In this document: positions 17,341 to 18,894 of the stretch, piece by piece
Layout: every line of letters starts with the position of its first letter
Numbering within the stretch: position 1 is the stretch's first letter
Assembly (NCBI GenBank): GCA_963977445.1
Contig: CAXBPH010000128.1
Span: forward strand, 1-18,894
Direction of reading: 5' to 3'
DNA length: 18,894 nucleotides
From: an uncultured bacterium
GTDB lineage: Bacteria > Hydrogenedentota > Hydrogenedentia > Hydrogenedentales > JAEUWI01
The notes under the pieces: model-generated
What the model was told of the DNA's origin: nothing
The model's database searches: none
Seen by the model: only the letters and a program-made list of their open reading frames with translations
Made by a program: the position numbers and the translations under genes

Positions 17341-18306
17341 GTGAAAAAGAAACAGCTGGTTCTGCTGCTTGCCCTGATTGCACTGGGCGTCGTTTTTTAT
17401 CTTCAAGGTGCCGTTGCGGGCGTCATTGTATTCGTAATGTTCCTGCTGGGCCTCGGGGTGGTCCAAACGGGCAAACTGGTGGCCTCACGCCGGGGCGTCG
17501 AGGAACTGAAAACGCTCTGTCCCAAATATGGCTACGAAACCATGATCGAAAAATCCCGGTCCCGTATGCCCGAAGGCGATAGCTTTTCCTTCGTTGTGCT
17601 CGGGGATACCCGAAAGCGCATGAAAGTCGCCACCAAGGTTTTTGCCGGGGCCAAAGAAGAAAATCCCGTGGTCATCTTTCACACTGGCGATATTGTCCGC
17701 GGTGGCACGCCCCCCGAATACTACGAGAGCCTGACACCCCTCATTGACCAGGTGGACCCGGTGCCCGTGCTTTCCGTGCCGGGCAATCATGAGCGCGGGG
17801 CCTGGCGGGACTATGCGGCCTTCAAGGCGCTCCATGGTGGCGATGAGTTTTGCTTTGAGCTCGGAGATTGCCTCTTTGTGGGCATCAACAACAGCACCCA
17901 GAAAGGCGTGACCGATGCGGGCATGGCCTACCTGGAAAAGGCACTGAGTAATTCGACGGCCACCCACAAGTTTGTCTTTTACCATATTCCGCCGCTGTTT
18001 TTTGAAGCCACCTTCGTCAATGACCGCCCCCGTCGCGGCTACAAAAATAACGAACAGGAATCCCATGCGCTTTTTGTTAAGCACGGGGTTACGGAAGTCT
18101 ATATGGCCCATATCCATGGCTACGCGACCCACGTCAAAGACGGCGTGCGCTATACCCTCACGGCAGGAGGCGGTGCGAAACTCAGTCCCCGCATCGACGA
18201 ATCGGGACGTTTTCACCACTACCTCGTGCGCCATGTGAAGGGCGGCGAAGTGGGGCGTGAGTTGATTAAACTGGATGGAAGCGAGTTTGTGCGCCTCGAG
18301 GGGTAG
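17341..18306 (+). CDS. Calcineurin-like metallophosphoesterase with N-terminal membrane anchor
   Basis: GTG 17341 with AAGGAG RBS; two hydrophobic segments; LGDTR, HTGDIV, PGNHE, FYHIPP, MAHIH motifs. Confidence 0.88.
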   Translation: MKKKQLVLLLALIALGVVFYLQGAVAGVIVFVMFLLGLGVVQTGKLVASRRGVEELKTLCPKYGYETMIEKSRSRMPEGDSFSFVVLGDTRKRMKVATKVFAGAKEENPVVIFHTGDIVRGGTPPEYYESLTPLIDQVDPVPVLSVPGNHERGAWRDYAAFKALHGGDEFCFELGDCLFVGINNSTQKGVTDAGMAYLEKALSNSTATHKFVFYHIPPLFFEATFVNDRPRRGYKNNEQESHALFVKHGVTEVYMAHIHGYATHVKDGVRYTLTAGGGAKLSPRIDESGRFHHYLVRHVKGGEVGRELIKLDGSEFVRLEG

Positions 18307-18316
18307 GGCAGGTTTT

Positions 18317-18343
18317 TATGGGACCTATTGGACGAATGAGACT
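18317..18343. repeat. Three degenerate 9-bp units, inverse of the terminal array
   Basis: tatgggacc-tattggacg-aatgagact; the first unit is the exact reverse complement of ggtcccata. Confidence 0.6.
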
Positions 18344-18358
18344 TAGGGCCGATAAATC

Positions 18359-18559
18359 GGCCTGAAAGGCCAAAGCATCATAGTCCGCCGCGGCGGACTA
18401 CGCCCTGGGTTTAAATGACTACGATATAATATAGCCCTGAAAGGGCGGCGCAGTACCATCGATACTACACCTGCGCTGCCCTTTCAGGGCGAATGGATAT
18501 CCCAATAAACGAATACCCAGGGCGTTGCCCTGGGCTAAGCTGCCGAGCCCCTTCGGGGC
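18359..18559. repeat. Composite palindromic REP/REPIN-like element
   Basis: ggcctgaaaggcc (18359-71); perfect 20-bp palindrome (18381-400); cgccctgggt (18401-10) / acccagggcg (18515-24); 19/20 IR 18434-53 / 18471-90; cccagggcgttgccctggg; gccccttcggggc (18547-59). Confidence 0.85.
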
Positions 18560-18600
18560 GGAATCAATTCGCAACCTGCGGTTACCCACCGGAATATAAC

Positions 18601-18894
18601 GACCCACGAGTCCCACGAGTCCCACGAGTCCTACGAGTCCTACGAGTCCTACGAGTCCTACGAGTCCTACGAGTTCCACGAGTTCCACGAGTTCCACGAG
18701 TTCCACGAGCTCCACGAGTTCCACGAGTTCCACGAGTTCCACGAGTCCTACAGGTCCTACAGGTCCCACAGGTCCCACAGGTCCCACAGGTCCCACAGGT
18801 CCCACAGGTCCCATAGGTCCCATAGGTCCCACAGGTCCCATAGGTCCCATAGGTCCCATAGGTCCCATAGGTCCCATAGGTCCCATAGGTCCCA
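18601..18894. repeat. 9-bp tandem repeat array, 32 full units plus a partial unit, truncated by the window end
   Basis: Units gtcccacga, gtcctacga, gttccacga, gtcctacag, gtcccacag, gtcccatag in blocks; no indels. Confidence 0.97.

Noticed and set aside
18419..18886. Collagen-like ORF (GPM/GPV/GLV) and the opposite VPR/VPQ ORF 18493-18816
   Set aside because: Translations of the 9-bp array; Gly-X-Y is broken by ELV blocks and the ORFs run through a REP-like element. Not fully excluded because the window ends in the array.
18601..18894. CRISPR array
   Set aside because: Contiguous 9-mers without unique spacers; no cas genes.

Overview
GC-rich bacterial window with 12 credible CDSs. The DUF1501 + PSCyt/PSD1 pair and the repeat style suggest a Planctomycetota-, Verrucomicrobiota- or Ca. 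Hydrogenedentota-like lineage (inference). Gene order: 5'-truncated phosphoesterase/alkaline-phosphatase-family gene; membrane-anchored hypothetical with a GspG-like C-terminus; DUF1501 and PSCyt1-DUF1549-DUF1553 cytochrome operon; a divergent two-gene operon of a Cys-rich AbrB-fold HgcC-like protein plus arsM, with a palindromic operator over its -10 box; sugar-phosphate isomerase/epimerase; secreted beta-propeller coupled to a PL1 pectate lyase-FGE-fold fusion; Ca2+/Na+ antiporter; membrane-anchored trypsin-like protease; metallophosphoesterase. The intergenic DNA is rich in structure: several families of 9-bp-periodic repeats, some in inverted pairs, REP/REPIN-like palindromic elements, and a 294-bp 9-mer array that runs off the window end. 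Best novelty candidates: (1) an ArsR-independent, AbrB-fold putative metalloid sensor controlling arsM; (2) inverted 9-mer repeat 'cassettes' enclosing non-coding cargo. No rRNA, tRNA, CRISPR array or transposase was recognised. All family calls come from motif recognition by eye, not from database searches.
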